Part shown: positions 1-11,350 of the stretch, piece by piece | Numbering within the stretch: position 1 is the first letter of the stretch | Layout of the letters: every line of letters begins with the position of its first letter | Assembly: GCA_008632985.1 (NCBI GenBank) | Contig: QPGO01000013.1 | Coordinates: 124,001-188,000 of the forward strand | From: Psammoneis japonica | Lineage: Eukaryota | Direction of reading: 5' to 3' | DNA: 64,000 bases | The notes under the pieces: generated by a model | Told to the model about the DNA's origin: nothing | Seen by the model: only the letters and a program-made list of their open reading frames with translations | Database searches by the model: none | Program-made: the position numbers and the translations under genes

Positions 1-237
1 GTTGTAGCTTACCACCATTATTAGTTGATTCGGATCAGCCAACGATGGATGGTCGGTCGTCTTGGTGATGGCAAGGATAGCAGGCACCTGCACCGATTCC
101 ATGGTGTGGACGAATTTTGGCGCGAGCAAAAAGCGCGCGTTAGGCAACCCAATAAGGCAGCAGTAGCCATGACAAACCCAAACCGCACCGCAGCCATCGG
201 CAGTTGTTCGGGTTTCACTACATAGCAGCAAGTAAGC

Positions 238-792
238 ATGTCGAAGCAAAGCGAAAGTAGTTGGAAAATGTTGCGCTGTGTTCTGGTCGTTGTGTTGAGC
301 TATGCAACAATAGCGGTCGCCAGTGATGAATTTGACGATTCCGACATGCAGCGCCGACGTGTTGCTGCCAAACCTTGGTATACCGACGACACAACCATCC
401 TTGGCTACACCATTCCAATCAGTCCAGTGACATTTGTCATTTCATTTGTGGCGCTGTGGCAGTTGATTAAAGGCTTCACCAGTGCAAGCACAGCAGAAGC
501 ATGCCACATTTTGATCAAGGAACGGAGTCCGGCGTCGCGCAAGCTTTTGGAAAATATGAAAAAAGATATTGGAAATGATATCAATAAATTTCATAAGTTT
601 GCCAAAGAGTACAGTGCTTGCCCCTCCAAGGATCAGGGTGGTTACTTGGGACAGTGGAAAAAGGGTTGTATGGATCCGAATTTTGATGCGGCCGTTTTCA
701 ATCCGAGCAACCCAATCAACTCGACCATTGGGCCTGTGGAGACAAGCTTTGGCTTTCATTTGATTTACATTCAAAAAAGAAAGATTGTATGA
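238..792 (+). CDS. Parvulin/PpiC-type peptidyl-prolyl cis-trans isomerase with N-terminal hydrophobic segments
   Basis: Rotamase motifs CHILIK, FAKEYSACPSKDQGGYLG, FDAAVF, GPVETSFGFHLI; signal-like N-terminus and a TM-like segment. Confidence 0.9.
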   Translation: MSKQSESSWKMLRCVLVVVLSYATIAVASDEFDDSDMQRRRVAAKPWYTDDTTILGYTIPISPVTFVISFVALWQLIKGFTSASTAEACHILIKERSPASRKLLENMKKDIGNDINKFHKFAKEYSACPSKDQGGYLGQWKKGCMDPNFDAAVFNPSNPINSTIGPVETSFGFHLIYIQKRKIV

Positions 793-982
793 TTGAAACA
801 GTGCCTGGGAAGTAGTTTGGAAGTTAATGCAAATAATATTGTCCCGTGTTCACGCAGAAAACAGAAACACTCTTCCTCATTCCAGACGCGAAGTTTTATC
901 TACATGTCGACTACAGACTACAGAGGGGGAGTTGGGCAACCGATGCACGTCAGTACCAAAGTAGAAGCGATTCCACAATTGC

Positions 983-3490
983 TTAGTACGCCTCGGCAGA
1001 GTTCATCTTTTCGTTAAAGTCGCAAAGCATATCGACGGTCTCCAAAATGACATCTTGTGACAACGACTTGTCATCTTCTTTGGCAAGCGCCATGGCTAGA
1101 CGAATAGCGTTCTTGATCTCCCTTCCATTCAATTCATGTTTTGCAAGTTCTTGCGGCTGGATGGATCCATCATCGATTGAAGGTCCCAATCCAGACGCAA
1201 CCAGCAGATTCCTCCAGACTTGATGACGAGCGTCGTAATCAAGTGTCTCGTACCGAAGAGCCAACGTGATGCGCGTTTTGAAAGCTGGATCGAGAGAGTC
1301 CACTCGATTGGACGTTAGAAACAGTACTCCCTTGAAGTACTCCACCAGGCGCAACATGACGCTGACCATGGCGTTCCTTTCCAGAGAACCGCCAGCGATG
1401 CGTTTCTCGAGAAAAATGTCAGCCTCATCCAGCAAGATCAAGGCGTCCCATTTGGCACACAAGTCCAAGATTTCGCCAAGCTTCGTCTCGAGTTCAGCAG
1501 GAGTCGTTCCTAGTTGACCCAAGGAGACAGAGTACAGAGGACGATGCAGCATTTCGCTGATAGCTTCGGCGGTAAGAGTTTTGCCGACACCGGGCGGTCC
1601 GTACAAAAGAAAAACAGACCCTTCACCTTTACCGCTGACAATATCACTAAAAGTGTCACTGCTGTGCCTCACCAGGGCCTTGATCATGCGCTTCCTTGCT
1701 GGTGGAAGGACCAGACTTTCAAACACAGACCCCTGAAACTCAATGTCACTCAAACCGTCAATCAGGACATCACCCCACGTCTTACTAGTGAATGAGAACC
1801 CAACTGCGGCTGGCCACGTCATCTCGAGGTAGTCGATTGGAACGGTATCGAACAGAATCATACTGTCATCGCTTGGGTCTGCACCGGCGGTACCACCTGT
1901 GGAGGTCGCCCCAGATGCCTGTTTGAGTCGCCTCATATGAAGCATGTACTCTTTGTACTTGTACTTGATACCAGTAATCATTGGATCATATCCGACACTG
2001 AGGCTATGTCCAGCGTCGTAAGAACCTTGAATGTCCACCATGACTCGACCATTTGTCCGAAGCGCAGCTGTCTGTGACTCTCCACGGCCGCCCTTTGCGT
2101 AGAAGGAACCCTTTGAATACGCCAAAAAGTGAGCACTGGTTGCACAACGAGAATACATTTTGCCACGGCGACAAAATTCTTCCTTGAGTTTCTTTGCTGC
2201 TTCAGTGTCAAATGAAGCAATCGGGACAAAGGGTAATCCCATGACACTACGGCGCCCGTCAAAGGATTCCATTCCTTCGACAAACTCACACATGGTAAAG
2301 TGCCCTCCGACCGCCACAATGAATTGAAAGCACACCTTGAAGTACCTTGTTACTCCAAATAGCGTCTTTCCTTCTTCATATCGCGTCCAACTGACCTCAC
2401 ACATCATGTCAACGCCAGAGGAGAAGGCGTTCTTGGCCACGACCCGATCGCCTGGTTTGTAAACCTCGGACAAGGAATTGAAATCGTACATTCCAACCCG
2501 AACATTGTCACGAATGGCAGAGTTCTCACTATCAAAGTGCTTCTCGATAAGCGAGACCAAATCATCCAATCCTTCAATATCAACAGCCTCGTTCCGATGT
2601 TGAGGAGGACGAATGCCCAAACCGCTAAGCTGTTCCAAGAAGGGCTTGCGTTTAGACCTAAGTTCGTTTTGCGTCATTTCATTTGTGGGGTCTACCGTGC
2701 TGTTATATAAATCACGAGCATGCTGTACACCTCGAAAGGCCCCCAGAGCATTGTACAAGTCTTTGATATCCACCGTAAGAAAAGATCCCTGGTGATTTAA
2801 ACGCGTGTTGCCACCTCGCTTTCGAACGGTTTGAATCAACTTTCGCACAAGAGTTGCAATGTGGGTGCCCCTCGAGTTCTTGGTAAGGTCCGCGAGAAAC
2901 TCGACTCGTTCTTCACCGTTCGTGTCTTTGAAAAACCGAAACAAATCGTTTTCTTCTTGCGTTGTCTTTTCGGGTGATTCTTCATCCTGAACAGATTGCT
3001 CTTTATCACTGGATTCAGTCGTTGTTGCTTCACCACTTGCAGCATCTGTACTCCCGTGAAGTAGGGCAGGGTCGATACCTTCACGTTTGGCATGTGCTTC
3101 CACGGCTGCCACGGGAACACCGCTCTTGAGCATACGTCGGAGCTTTTTAAGCTGCACCGAATCAGAACTTCGTGGCTGAGCAGCAGCCACTTTCTTTCGT
3201 TCCTCCTTTTGCGTCGCTCGAACCATCTCTTGTATGTCACCTGGATGTTTCCAACTCCTCCTTCCATCTACATGAACATACGGAGGCTCTCCTTCTTTCT
3301 CGCTTCTGCTCCAACCAGGCGGAAGCTTGTGGTATGCCTCGTAAAACGCCAAAACGTCTTTTTGATGTTTGTAGTTGGGGTCATCAGGATCAAAAGTAAG
3401 ATCATCCGGGTTCATCGCGCCAGCAGAATCAATGGGTTCTTCATCTCGAGTCTCCTTGGAGTGATCCGTCTTTGCGGAGGATACAACCAT
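983..3490 (-). CDS. AAA+ ATPase with long N-terminal extension (WW-like and LRRMLKSGVP helical motifs)
   Basis: 835-aa ORF; Walker A GPPGVGKT, Walker B LLDEAD, LFLTSNR, LNGREIKN; N-terminal LPPGW..YVHVDGRRSWKHP. Confidence 0.9.
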   Translation of the reverse strand: MVVSSAKTDHSKETRDEEPIDSAGAMNPDDLTFDPDDPNYKHQKDVLAFYEAYHKLPPGWSRSEKEGEPPYVHVDGRRSWKHPGDIQEMVRATQKEERKKVAAAQPRSSDSVQLKKLRRMLKSGVPVAAVEAHAKREGIDPALLHGSTDAASGEATTTESSDKEQSVQDEESPEKTTQEENDLFRFFKDTNGEERVEFLADLTKNSRGTHIATLVRKLIQTVRKRGGNTRLNHQGSFLTVDIKDLYNALGAFRGVQHARDLYNSTVDPTNEMTQNELRSKRKPFLEQLSGLGIRPPQHRNEAVDIEGLDDLVSLIEKHFDSENSAIRDNVRVGMYDFNSLSEVYKPGDRVVAKNAFSSGVDMMCEVSWTRYEEGKTLFGVTRYFKVCFQFIVAVGGHFTMCEFVEGMESFDGRRSVMGLPFVPIASFDTEAAKKLKEEFCRRGKMYSRCATSAHFLAYSKGSFYAKGGRGESQTAALRTNGRVMVDIQGSYDAGHSLSVGYDPMITGIKYKYKEYMLHMRRLKQASGATSTGGTAGADPSDDSMILFDTVPIDYLEMTWPAAVGFSFTSKTWGDVLIDGLSDIEFQGSVFESLVLPPARKRMIKALVRHSSDTFSDIVSGKGEGSVFLLYGPPGVGKTLTAEAISEMLHRPLYSVSLGQLGTTPAELETKLGEILDLCAKWDALILLDEADIFLEKRIAGGSLERNAMVSVMLRLVEYFKGVLFLTSNRVDSLDPAFKTRITLALRYETLDYDARHQVWRNLLVASGLGPSIDDGSIQPQELAKHELNGREIKNAIRLAMALAKEDDKSLSQDVILETVDMLCDFNEKMNSAEAY

Positions 3491-3871
3491 GGTTACTTGT
3501 TGATGTACGTACTTCTAGGTTAACAGTAAAGACGTCCCACGTCCCACGTCCCATCGCTGTCTGCGTCTGCGATTATTCATACTCGCCCGTCGGCATGTAT
3601 CTTGAATGATCGTATTCGTAACCCAATACCATTTCAAAAGAATTGATTCGTGGATACCGTATCCGGGACTAAATTACCGCCACCTCACGCTTCGTCTCAC
3701 CTTTTCACACGATCACACAAATTGCCAAGTGGCGTTTGAAGCGCATTCGAATTCGATGTGGTTCGAAAACATGTCAACAGGTGGATCTCTTTTAGATCCA
3801 TCGCTTATTTCCCTTGTTATTCCTCTCATTATTTTCGAATCGAGAGGTCAAAGAATCAATCTACAACAAAC

Positions 3872-4964
3872 ATGAAATTCTCTTTTGCTCTTTTTGCCAC
3901 CACGGCCCTCGTCGCCGCTGGAGGAATCCACGCCTTTGTCGCCCCACCTACGGGCTCATCCTCCACTTTTCAAGCTCCGCCCCGCACCGTAGCCATGGCG
4001 CCAGTGCAGGAAAAGAATGCGCTCCGTCAAGGTTCGGCTCCTCCCTATCAGGCGCCCTACCAGCCATTGCGGAGCAGTAATACCGCTTTGCAGGCGAGTC
4101 TCGTGGATCGATTCATGAGGGTTGCAAAGGCCAATATCAACAATGTACTTATGAATCTCGAAGGACCAGAAAAGATTATGAACCAAGCTGTAAACGATAT
4201 GCAGGTGAGCTTACGATCGTCTTTGTTTTCTCGATTTGAAGTAATGTACTTTCCCATTGTACTGACGCATTCTTTTAATTTCTGTTTTATTATACTTTCA
4301 GAGTGACTTGATGAAGATTCGCCAGAACTATGCCGAAGTTACTGCTACTCAGAGACGACTTCAAAAGCAAAAGGAATCCGCGGAAGCAGTTGCATCGGAT
4401 TGGTACAACCGTGCTCAGCTCGCTCTAAAGAAGGGAAACGAACAGCTCGCCAAGGCGGCCCTTGTTCGGAGGCAGGAGCAGCTTGAAATTGTCCGCAACG
4501 TCCAGGCGCAGCTTGATTTGCAGACCAATGCCATGGATAAGCTATACGAAGGAATGCAAACTCTCGAGGGCAAGATTATCGAGGCCAAACAGAAAAAGGC
4601 CCAGTTTGTTGCTAGGGCCAAGACTGCCGAGAGCACTCAAAAGGTAAACGACATGCTTTCGGGCTTGACCGGAAAGACGTCCATGGATGCCTTTAAACGA
4701 ATGGAGGAGAAAGTGGAGGCGCTTGAGGCAGCCGCTGAGGTTTCTGCTGAAGTAACAGGCCTTGGAGGTGCCGTGTTGCCGGGTAGCATCGAGTCTGATC
4801 TTGAGAATGAATTCCTACTTCTGGAAGGATCTGCAGAAGTGGACAAGGAGCTAGAGAAACTCAAAATGAATTTGCTCACTGGATCCCCTGTTGAGAAAGA
4901 ACCCGAGTTTGTGTCGAAAAAGAAGAAGGAATCCGTTCGAATTCCCGTCGACTGGGTTGAATAG
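3872..4964 (+). CDS. VIPP1: PspA/IM30 family protein (VIPP1), plastid-targeted; intron 4205-4301
   Basis: Signal peptide ending IHA-F; SLVDRFMRVAKANIN..PEKIMNQAVNDMQ|SDLMKIRQ joined across a GT..AG intron; ARAKTA, AFKRMEEKV motifs. Confidence 0.92.
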
Positions 4965-5826
4965 GCAGCTTATTTCATGGCAGAGCGTTTATGAGCAATC
5001 AAAACGCATTTCCTTCTCACATATAAAATGAATAGAACTCCATTATTTGATAATACCAGCTGCAGAGACTGAAAACTAGACAAGTGGAAAAAACATCACA
5101 CGTGTATCGTCATGACGAAACAACAAGTACCTCGTCGTGTCCGTTCACTACTACGCTATGTTTTCCCCTGCTAGCTAGTAGAGCTCTCTACGGTGTTCCA
5201 GAAACAATGTGAGGCAATGACGACAGCATGACGAGATAACCATACTGTAGCACAACATAAGGCACTGCAGAGATGCATTTCGCCAACGGAAAAAGTGACG
5301 AGGATTAGGTGATTGTGTTGAATGACCAGAAGTCATTCTTTGCTGGTCCGGTCATAGTTAGCGATTAAGTATTCAACAGTATTGTAGTCGTGGAAATATT
5401 TATTATTTGTGGTTCGAACAAACTATTATTTTTTAAAGAAGGAGGCGCTTCCTAAGTCATTATCTCGTTTCGGAGAAACTATTCTCAAAAATACAATACT
5501 TAAACAGCAATGACCGATTGACATTCAGAGAAGATGACTGGGACGAAACCACTTCCGCCAACGCTCGCACAAAAAAATTCTATTTGACTCTAGGCTATTT
5601 ATTATGCCCTGGAAGCATTTAATAATTAGACACAATTTTGTCCAGATTTCTCTTTACAGGACACATCCAACTCCCGTTTCACTGTCCCGTGAAAATTTGC
5701 AAAAAACAATCGTGTATGGATTTATCATGATCCCGTTTGGTTGTAGGATCGAAATTGCAAAACAACGACAAAGACATTGTTGATTGGGTCGATCGCCCTG
5801 ACTATCAGAAGACGCTATTGTATAAG

Positions 5827-6705
5827 ATGCAATCTCAGGAAGAAGTCACCGAAGAATGCTACTCCACCGTTTACCTGGAGTACGACGAAGATGACGCTTG
5901 TTACACAGATGCCGCTAGTTCTATGTGCTTGGCGTCCAGCTATCATCCACTTTATCTTCAGAGCATACCAATGGAATTTATGTTTCCGATTCGCTTTGAG
6001 GAAGGCATGGGATACGAAGAGTGTGAGAACTACTACGCCTCTATGGCAGGTGCTGGTAGAGGAAAGCTTCACCGAGCATCATCAGCCCGCTATCCAAGGC
6101 GCAGTTCCAAAGTGGAGATCCAGCAACAGGCAAAAGGAGCTCTCCGATCGTGCTTGAGGAAGCCCAAGAGGGCCTCACAAGCAGCTTGTGTTCCTACCGG
6201 CAAGGTTCCTATCATCCGCCGAAACTCCGCTTGCTCGGATTCGTCAAAGCCGGTGACTAGCGTCTCCGAACTGCGAGAACTAAAGCCGTGGGCGTCGCTT
6301 CGTGACATGTCAGAGGGTCCTAGCGTTGCCTTTGAACCTCTTATTCATGTCATTACGATTTTTCCCTACTACGAGTATCCAGATGACGTATGGTCTTCTA
6401 TCTGGCATACGCCGACCGAGCTGCATCGTATGGTTCGTGAAGCCACGAGAGAACACAGGAACGAGCTCCTTGCAGCAAGACGTGGAATCGACGCGCCTGA
6501 TGCAGATGTGGATTTGACTTACGACAAGAATCAAGAGCCGATGTTCGAGATAGAAATAATTTCTTCTGTGGAGAAGGAAAACTGCCGAACGGAAGCAAAA
6601 GAGACACATGCATTGCAGGGACTGGCACCAAAGCTTACTCGTCACCCTAGTTACAGCTGCCTGTCAGATGCTGATACTGCTTGCAGTGATTTCAGCGAAC
6701 AATAG
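5827..6705 (+). CDS. Hypothetical protein (diatom-type S/V-x-F...V-x-x-I...W motif)
   Basis: Long ORF; first ATG at 5827; RSCLRK and SVAFEPLIHVITIF...SIWHT segments; no catalytic motif recognised. Confidence 0.6.
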   Translation: MQSQEEVTEECYSTVYLEYDEDDACYTDAASSMCLASSYHPLYLQSIPMEFMFPIRFEEGMGYEECENYYASMAGAGRGKLHRASSARYPRRSSKVEIQQQAKGALRSCLRKPKRASQAACVPTGKVPIIRRNSACSDSSKPVTSVSELRELKPWASLRDMSEGPSVAFEPLIHVITIFPYYEYPDDVWSSIWHTPTELHRMVREATREHRNELLAARRGIDAPDADVDLTYDKNQEPMFEIEIISSVEKENCRTEAKETHALQGLAPKLTRHPSYSCLSDADTACSDFSEQ

Positions 6706-6828
6706 AGACTACTAAAAAGCCTGTAGGACGGCGTAATGCAATAGAGGTAATTGCTGTGCTGAAATAGAGAGAAAAATAGAAAAGAACCGGTTTCTCTCTT
6801 CGTTTGTTTCTTTCCAATATCTGTGAAA

Positions 6829-8373
6829 CTAGTATGGCCGGGCGCTGCGTTCATCGATTGCCGCCATGGCATCCAAAACAACTCGCACTTCTCCCAACAT
6901 TCGGAGTACTTCATTTCTCAGTTCGTCCACTCCATCTCCTTCATGAATGCTCAGCATAATATACGGAGTCCCGTCAAGGATTTCTTCCAACTGCTCCTTG
7001 GCACCTTCTACAAGACCCAAATCGATCTTGGAAACAACATCGATCCATGGTCGGCGGGGAAAGCGTGCCCTTACCTATGGCGGGACGCGAAACGAACAAG
7101 AAACAAAGAAATTGTCAATGCCTACTGCACCAACACCACAAGAAAAGCAACACTCAACAGTCAACGCATCCCACCTCTTTTCGAAGCTGCAGTTGATCCT
7201 CAACACTCGAACACTTGTCTCCGGCCCCACCAGAGAGATCCATCACATACATGACTGCAGTCGGCAAGTGCTGCATTGCAGCTAACGTGAGCGCTTCCAT
7301 CTCATTCCTCTCATCGTCAGGCCTTACAAGCAGCCCAGGTGAATCCATGATTTGACAAAGCTGAGAAAACGCATACCTACCCATGGCAACTTCGAGCGAC
7401 GGGTTTTTGCCATTGACCGCTTTATCAGACAAGGGAACAACAGCTTTGCTGATTCTTTCCTCTTCGTTATCCCAAAACACTTCGACATGCCCCAGTGTCA
7501 TTCCTCGCGTTGTAAATGGATAATTGTTTACCTCGGGTGTGCAGAACTAATGGCTCGTACAATCGAAGACTTCCCAACATTGGGCGCGCCCACCAAGACT
7601 ACTGCTGGAGTGTCGAGACGAACCGCAGGGGCGCTTCGAAGAGACCTTTGCATTTCCAAAATGCTTCTGACCGAGGGAGCTGCCAATTCCTTGAAAATTT
7701 CCAGCAGCCTTGCCTGTCCTTCTTTCATATTGTCACCCGCCTCTCTTGCGGTTTCAGCATGTTTGGATGCCTGCAATCCAATCCTTACCAGCCTCCAAAA
7801 TTTCTTTACGAGCCTCGTGAATATCATCCTGTTGAACAAAGCAATTTTAGTTGACGCTCGTTCTCAGAAAGAAAGTTTATTCTGCAATTTACTTACCAAA
7901 ACATTATTCAATGTCAGTCCATCTTTTTTCTGTCTTGACCTCGCTGTAAGGTCAGCAACGACACGTTCAAACGGATGCAGTCGTCTCCACTCGGACTTGT
8001 ACCCCTTGACAACATCTCGTAGCGGTATGCACAACGCCTGTGTCATGGCATTGAGAGTTTCTGCTCCGTGTTTTCTCGCTCTTGTTCTTGCATTCTTGAT
8101 GGATGTATCGGCAGGAACATTGCGTGCTATCCGTTTTGCCTTGTCCATGAGTTCATCGGGTGATTTGACAACGGGCAAACGTCGTAGTCCGCCCGTGTTG
8201 CTGCTGCTGGCCTTATTTTTCGATGATTTTGTGGAAGAAGATGCATAGAGAGCAGCGGAGAATCGTGAAAACCGAGCGCTTTTTCGAGTTACAGAAAATG
8301 TAGTCACCATTTGCATGGTAGAGAGGAGGATTAACAGTGTAGTACAAACAAAGAGAAGCCGTATTTTCGTCAT
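6829..8373 (-). CDS. NOG1/Obg-family GTP-binding protein, probably organelle-targeted; 2 introns (~7829-7896, ~7075-7173) and 2 apparent 1-nt frameshifts (~7530, ~7770)
   Basis: LHPFE, G1 GAPNVGKSS, PEVNNYPFTT, DSPGLL, RNEME, YVMDLS, WIDVVSKID recovered across reading frames. Confidence 0.85.
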
Positions 8374-8827
8374 GGCTGACCAGCAAGGAAGAAAAACACA
8401 GAATAAAAAAAGTGAGCAGGATAGATGAGCGAGAGGTCTGTCGTCTGTCGTCTGTCGATCGAGCGTTGCAGATTTTGATGGCCATCGTCTTCGACTGACG
8501 ATGGACGGACGGAGTATTTTCGAATTTCGAAAATCTCCATCCAACCCACTTTGCAGAGTTGGAACAGGCCGGTAAGTGTCTGCCCCATTGTTCTTCCTGC
8601 CAATCTCGCGTGGGACAACAAGGTCAGATGCAGCAGGTGTGCCTCACTTACTCAACCACTCCTAACCGATGGTGCCTTTTTCAACAACACAAAGTGGCGT
8701 CATTCTTGCTTGTTTCACACGGCGCCCCCGGCATCCTCCCACACTCACGCGCACACAAATTTCATGTCATTTTTTTTCTTTCATCTTTCTGACTTCTGAC
8801 AACATCATACGGTACAACATCATCACC

Positions 8828-10129
8828 ATGACGGATCGAACATGGCTTGGACTGTCACTGGTTGTAGTGTTAATCGCCTTGTACGTTAGTCATGTGATGA
8901 ATGGTAGGAAGCGCCGTGAAGAAAATCCTGATGATTCTTCCGCTAAAGCTGCTACTCCAGACCGGATACTAAAAGAACAACAACAACATGCTCTTTATGT
9001 CATTGGGGATTTACACGGTGATGCACATTGCGCTCGGTATTGGGTCGAACAAACGGGGTTAATTCAATTCGGACAGGGCAATAGTCAAGTTGAAGATTGG
9101 GTATGGATAGATGAATCATCGTCACTGCTCTTTATGGGCGATTATGTGGATAAAGGAACAACATCGAGACAAACCGTTGAATTTGTAAAAGCCTTGACGA
9201 CTCGGTTTCCTCAGCACGTGCACGCCTTGTTGGGGAACCATGAAATGGAGTTGCTTCGAGATCGTGATCAGCTACAACGATGGGGAGATAATGCGGACTT
9301 TTTTCAGCTTCCATACGCGTCGGTTCATCCCTCGGAGTACCTTAATTTCTTGGAGAATCGCGATGAAACGGATGATCTCGTGGTGGACGCATTGTACAAT
9401 GCCAGTCTCGAGCTCTATGGAGTTGGGAGTTATAGAACCATAATTTCACCATCCGTTGCGACCGAGCGATCTATTTTTAAATTTATGGATCCAAGCATGC
9501 ACCAAGTCGTCCGGGAGCGACTGACGCACTACCAAGAAACGTACTTGAATGCTTTTTCGTCTGGAACGGATCTCGGAACGTGGCTTGAACAAAGACCTTT
9601 ACTACATCTTCATAACGATACAATGCTCTTTGTTCATGGCGGTGTAAGCAGTGAGGTTGCTAACTTGATGAAATACCTTGGCGGTGATGATGTTTCCACT
9701 CAGAATGTCGTTGCCATGATCAACAGTCTCTTGGCCAAGAATGCTCATCAAGAAACGCTCAACAAGTTCTTGGATGAAACCACGATTGGAAATGCAATTT
9801 ATGAAATGTTGGTATACAGAGGCAACTTGAAAGTGAACGAGGGATCCTGTCAAGAATTAACAGAGACAATAATGCCATCCTTGGGAATATCCCTTGTGGG
9901 AGTCGGCCACACACCCGACGCCAACGTTCGCATCCTTTGCAATGGCGCCTTGCTGGCGTTGGATTCAGCTCTGTCAAGGTGGTTTCGTAATTCAGGAAAC
10001 GAGTATTGCCGGGGTGAAAAGGTCCAGATATCATCGAATGGTCGTTTCCGGTGCAACAAGATCAACCCGAAATGCCAAGGTCAAACAATCCGCGTCACTG
10101 ACAATGGAAATGTTGAAATCGTTGAATAA
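8828..10129 (+). CDS. Calcineurin-like metallophosphoesterase (Shewanella-like phosphatase type) with N-terminal TM anchor
   Basis: IGDLHGD, GDYVDKG, LGNHE, FVHGG, VGHTP motifs in the expected order. Confidence 0.9.
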   Translation: MTDRTWLGLSLVVVLIALYVSHVMNGRKRREENPDDSSAKAATPDRILKEQQQHALYVIGDLHGDAHCARYWVEQTGLIQFGQGNSQVEDWVWIDESSSLLFMGDYVDKGTTSRQTVEFVKALTTRFPQHVHALLGNHEMELLRDRDQLQRWGDNADFFQLPYASVHPSEYLNFLENRDETDDLVVDALYNASLELYGVGSYRTIISPSVATERSIFKFMDPSMHQVVRERLTHYQETYLNAFSSGTDLGTWLEQRPLLHLHNDTMLFVHGGVSSEVANLMKYLGGDDVSTQNVVAMINSLLAKNAHQETLNKFLDETTIGNAIYEMLVYRGNLKVNEGSCQELTETIMPSLGISLVGVGHTPDANVRILCNGALLALDSALSRWFRNSGNEYCRGEKVQISSNGRFRCNKINPKCQGQTIRVTDNGNVEIVE

Positions 10130-10281
10130 GAAAGACACACTACTTGTTCATCATCATGCTATCTTACATAATATTTATTTTAAAGCTCGAAAGGTACATA
10201 CAGTACGCGAAACATAAAATCATAAGGTTTCATAGTGTACTCTGTGCTCAGGGTTGAAATGCTTGTGATCCCGCACTGCAA

Positions 10282-10926
10282 CTAGAAGATCAACTTGAGA
10301 ACGAACAACATCATGAGCGACAACTGTCCGACTACCATTGAATCATGATTGGACATCATCCTGAAGCTCCCAGAAGTCGTCAATTCCCTGGTTTCAAGGA
10401 GCGTCTCAATGTGTTCCGGATCGATCGTTCCTTTGTCGTGCATCTTAATGAGCCACACGTTGTAAGCATCCGTGTACTCTCCAGTCGTCGGTGGTCTTGC
10501 TTCATCCACGGTTTCGTTACCGCAGGTGCACTGCGCCGTATCTTGGAGCTGTCTGCCATGAGGACCAAGGTGTATGGTCTCAATAGCTCGCCTGCCACTG
10601 GCATCGTCAAAGAGAGGCGCTTTCCTTTCGCACCCTCGGCAGTCTCCCGCGACCAGAAAGCGGAAGCGAAAAAATCTTGCCTGCAAAGACCGATCGCGTC
10701 GCTCGGCAATCTCCTCTGCCAAGATGATTTCTGCATTCGTGACTCGTCGAAATAGAGGATCGCACAGGGTTGAGTTTGTAAGGTCATTGTACGTGATGCG
10801 GAATCCGCGTTCTGTCGCGTTCCTTTCCAATTGCGTCACGGCGTCAAAATCACCTTGGAATTCAAGATCTACCTGAGATTCAAACGTGTTGACCTCATCG
10901 CTGCAATTCACGTCCACAGAAGTCAT
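10282..10926 (-). CDS. Hypothetical diatom-type protein (possibly 5'-incomplete) with C-terminal hydrophobic tail
   Basis: 214-aa ORF with CDPLFRRV, GDCRGC, GRRxLQ-like segments; lies next to the TpA-depleted block. Confidence 0.55.
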   Translation of the reverse strand: MTSVDVNCSDEVNTFESQVDLEFQGDFDAVTQLERNATERGFRITYNDLTNSTLCDPLFRRVTNAEIILAEEIAERRDRSLQARFFRFRFLVAGDCRGCERKAPLFDDASGRRAIETIHLGPHGRQLQDTAQCTCGNETVDEARPPTTGEYTDAYNVWLIKMHDKGTIDPEHIETLLETRELTTSGSFRMMSNHDSMVVGQLSLMMLFVLKLIF

Positions 10927-11335
10927 AGGCCAAAAGCAGTTTCAAGTTTGACTTGAATCCGGTTCAAGATTTCCAGAAAAATGAAACAAAACTCTCCCTT
11001 GATTGACGAGTTGTACTGTATGTTGTTGTGTAGCGTATAATCTTTAGTCTCTACCGGTAGCTAGATGAGATTAGCTTTTATCAGGCTGCACGCAGCGAGC
11101 GAGCTTCACCTCTGGCTACGTCTGGCTGTGGCTGCTGGTTTGCTTCTGGGTGAGCAAGGCATGCTTGGACGACGGAATGGTTCACCCGGCACCTTGCCGG
11201 CACACCAGCCAGCAGGGAAAGTGGCACAAATCTCGAATGTTTGCTCGCTTCGTGGCAAATTTTTTGACACTTTACACATTCAACGGACGAGCTCGGTGAT
11301 GCCGCCGGCACCCGGCTCAGTTCTGTCGATGAACC

Positions 11336-11350
11336 TCATGCGACCTCCTT
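11336..11350 (-). promoter_or_regulatory. Fossil bacterial Shine-Dalgarno plus ATGA stop/start overlap
   Basis: Minus strand AAGGAGGT-CGC-ATGA; TGA ends the aminotransferase frame and the overlapping ATG opens MRFIDRTEPGAGGITELVR*. Confidence 0.6.

Noticed and set aside
7352..8248. 298-aa plus-strand ORF (likewise 22701-23372, 24275-24790, 37435-38322)
   Set aside because: Antisense shadows of real genes on the opposite strand.
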